From Camelus ferus (taxonomy: Eukaryota), in contig NC_045697.1 of NCBI RefSeq assembly GCF_009834535.1, positions 112,222,001-112,286,000 of the forward strand: DNA of 64,000 nt, in the 5' to 3' direction. Below the pieces are notes generated by a model. It did no database searches. It was not told the origin of the DNA and was given only the letters and a program-made list of their open reading frames with translations. Positions 62,721 through 64,000 of the stretch are shown one piece after another. Every line of letters starts with the position of its first letter. The stretch's first letter is position 1. The position numbers and the translations under genes were made by a program.

Positions 62721-64000
62721 CTCCATCCCAGGAAGAACTTCAGAACACATTTCATCATATTATTCAGCATCTTTATTATTTGATGCATAAACATTGTTAC
62801 AATCTAATTCCTAGTCTCTGGTGTAAATATATATTTCTGATATGAAACACATCTGCACCACAAATTCTTTGGAAGTAGATGTAATCCAGATGGGACTGCA
62901 AATTTTTGACAAATTTTATCTAATCAGATTATGAAAAAAATGTTCACACACGCACAAAATCATCACCAAGATTAATGTGACTCAAAATGATATTTGGAAC
63001 CATAGTTTTTTCCCCCTTAGTTCCATAGCAACTGGGAGCTAACAACACTGATCTCTTTTTAAATGTTTCAGAATTTAAACACATGGTTTGGACAGATGGT
63101 CAGTGGAAAGGTTCCTTGAAGAATTGCTCAATGAATAGTAATCTTTAAGAAAATGTTATTTTTCCTTAAAATATGCAGAGTAGAGGCATCAGTAAATTCT
63201 ATGTATCCTGTTCCAAAATGTTCCAAAACATTTAACTTTGGTTACTTTCATATTGAGTCATAAAGCTAAAGAAGCTGTTTCTGTAACTGAGATTCATAGT
63301 TTTTTTTTTCCCCTTTTTTCTGCCCTAGGATTACCTTTAGAGAGTGACTGAGAGCTTATTTAGAGAATCTTGGGTGTTAAGAATAGTAATCCTCATGATA
63401 ACTTTGTACATGTCTGTCTGCAATTCAGTATAGAGCACAGTCAACTAAAAAGGGTAACTCTTTCAAGAACAATCACCTTTTAGCATGATAAATATATAAT
63501 AAATAGTAACTCTTTTTGTCTCTGGAGGCAAATGCAGCATGTACAATGCTTTTGGAGTGGTTCCAATTTTTCCTTTCTCTGGAATTCTTTAAAATGAAAG
63601 AAAACATTCACAGGGGAAAGTTTGGACACACAATCTTAGAACTAGGTTTTTAAAACTGAAATCTATTTCAGGTTTTAATGTAGACCTATACATTGCTAAA
63701 TGAAGAAAAGAATCAATATTTATCCTCCACTGTCATTATTAGAAAAATTTCTAAACTCTGTGTGATAAATATATTTTTAAATTTTTTCAATGATCTCATT
63801 TGCTTTGTTCTCTAAGTTTCCTTATGAAATTATATTTCTACTGTTTTATTTAATGATTTAAAATTAAGAAGCTATGACTAGTAGCTTTAAGCAATGAAGT
63901 AATTTCTTTCAGAACCAATTGCTACACATGGTAAAGAATTAAACACCACGAGATAATAATAATATATTGTCTACCATTGTAAATAAATTTTAAGTTTCTA

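Noticed and set aside
6230..64000. Assigning a gene symbol to the host gene
   Set aside because: No recognisable coding exon in the window; a BLAST of 6600-6900 against mammalian RefSeq would be needed.
1..64000. CRISPR arrays, operons or other prokaryote-type systems
   Set aside because: The sequence is mammalian; no regularly spaced repeat-spacer structure or dense coding was seen.

Overview
Mammalian genomic DNA, most likely camelid: it carries four tRNA-Ala(AGC)-derived SINEs of the vic-1 type. A ~1.7-kb CpG island (~6230-7950) holds a + strand promoter with at least two candidate first exons (GTGAGT donors at 6879 and 7486). The remaining ~56 kb looks like a long, repeat-rich 5' intron of a gene I cannot name. 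No protein-coding exon of a recognisable host gene is present; the only recognisable protein homology is to degenerate LINE-1 ORF1/ORF2. Repeats include L1s of several ages (several with TSDs), vic-1-like SINEs with TSDs, MIR/L2, MLT1, LTR33 interrupted by MER44, MER46C, four ERV1-type solo LTRs (two MER41-like) and microsatellites. Repeat family names come from remembered consensus sequences, not a database search. The most interesting signals are regulatory: an intronic CpG-retaining NRF1x3 + RFX X-box promoter-like element (~21190-21670) and a MER41-like LTR with an intact STAT GAS site (27681-27689). I found no convincing evidence of a novel biological system.
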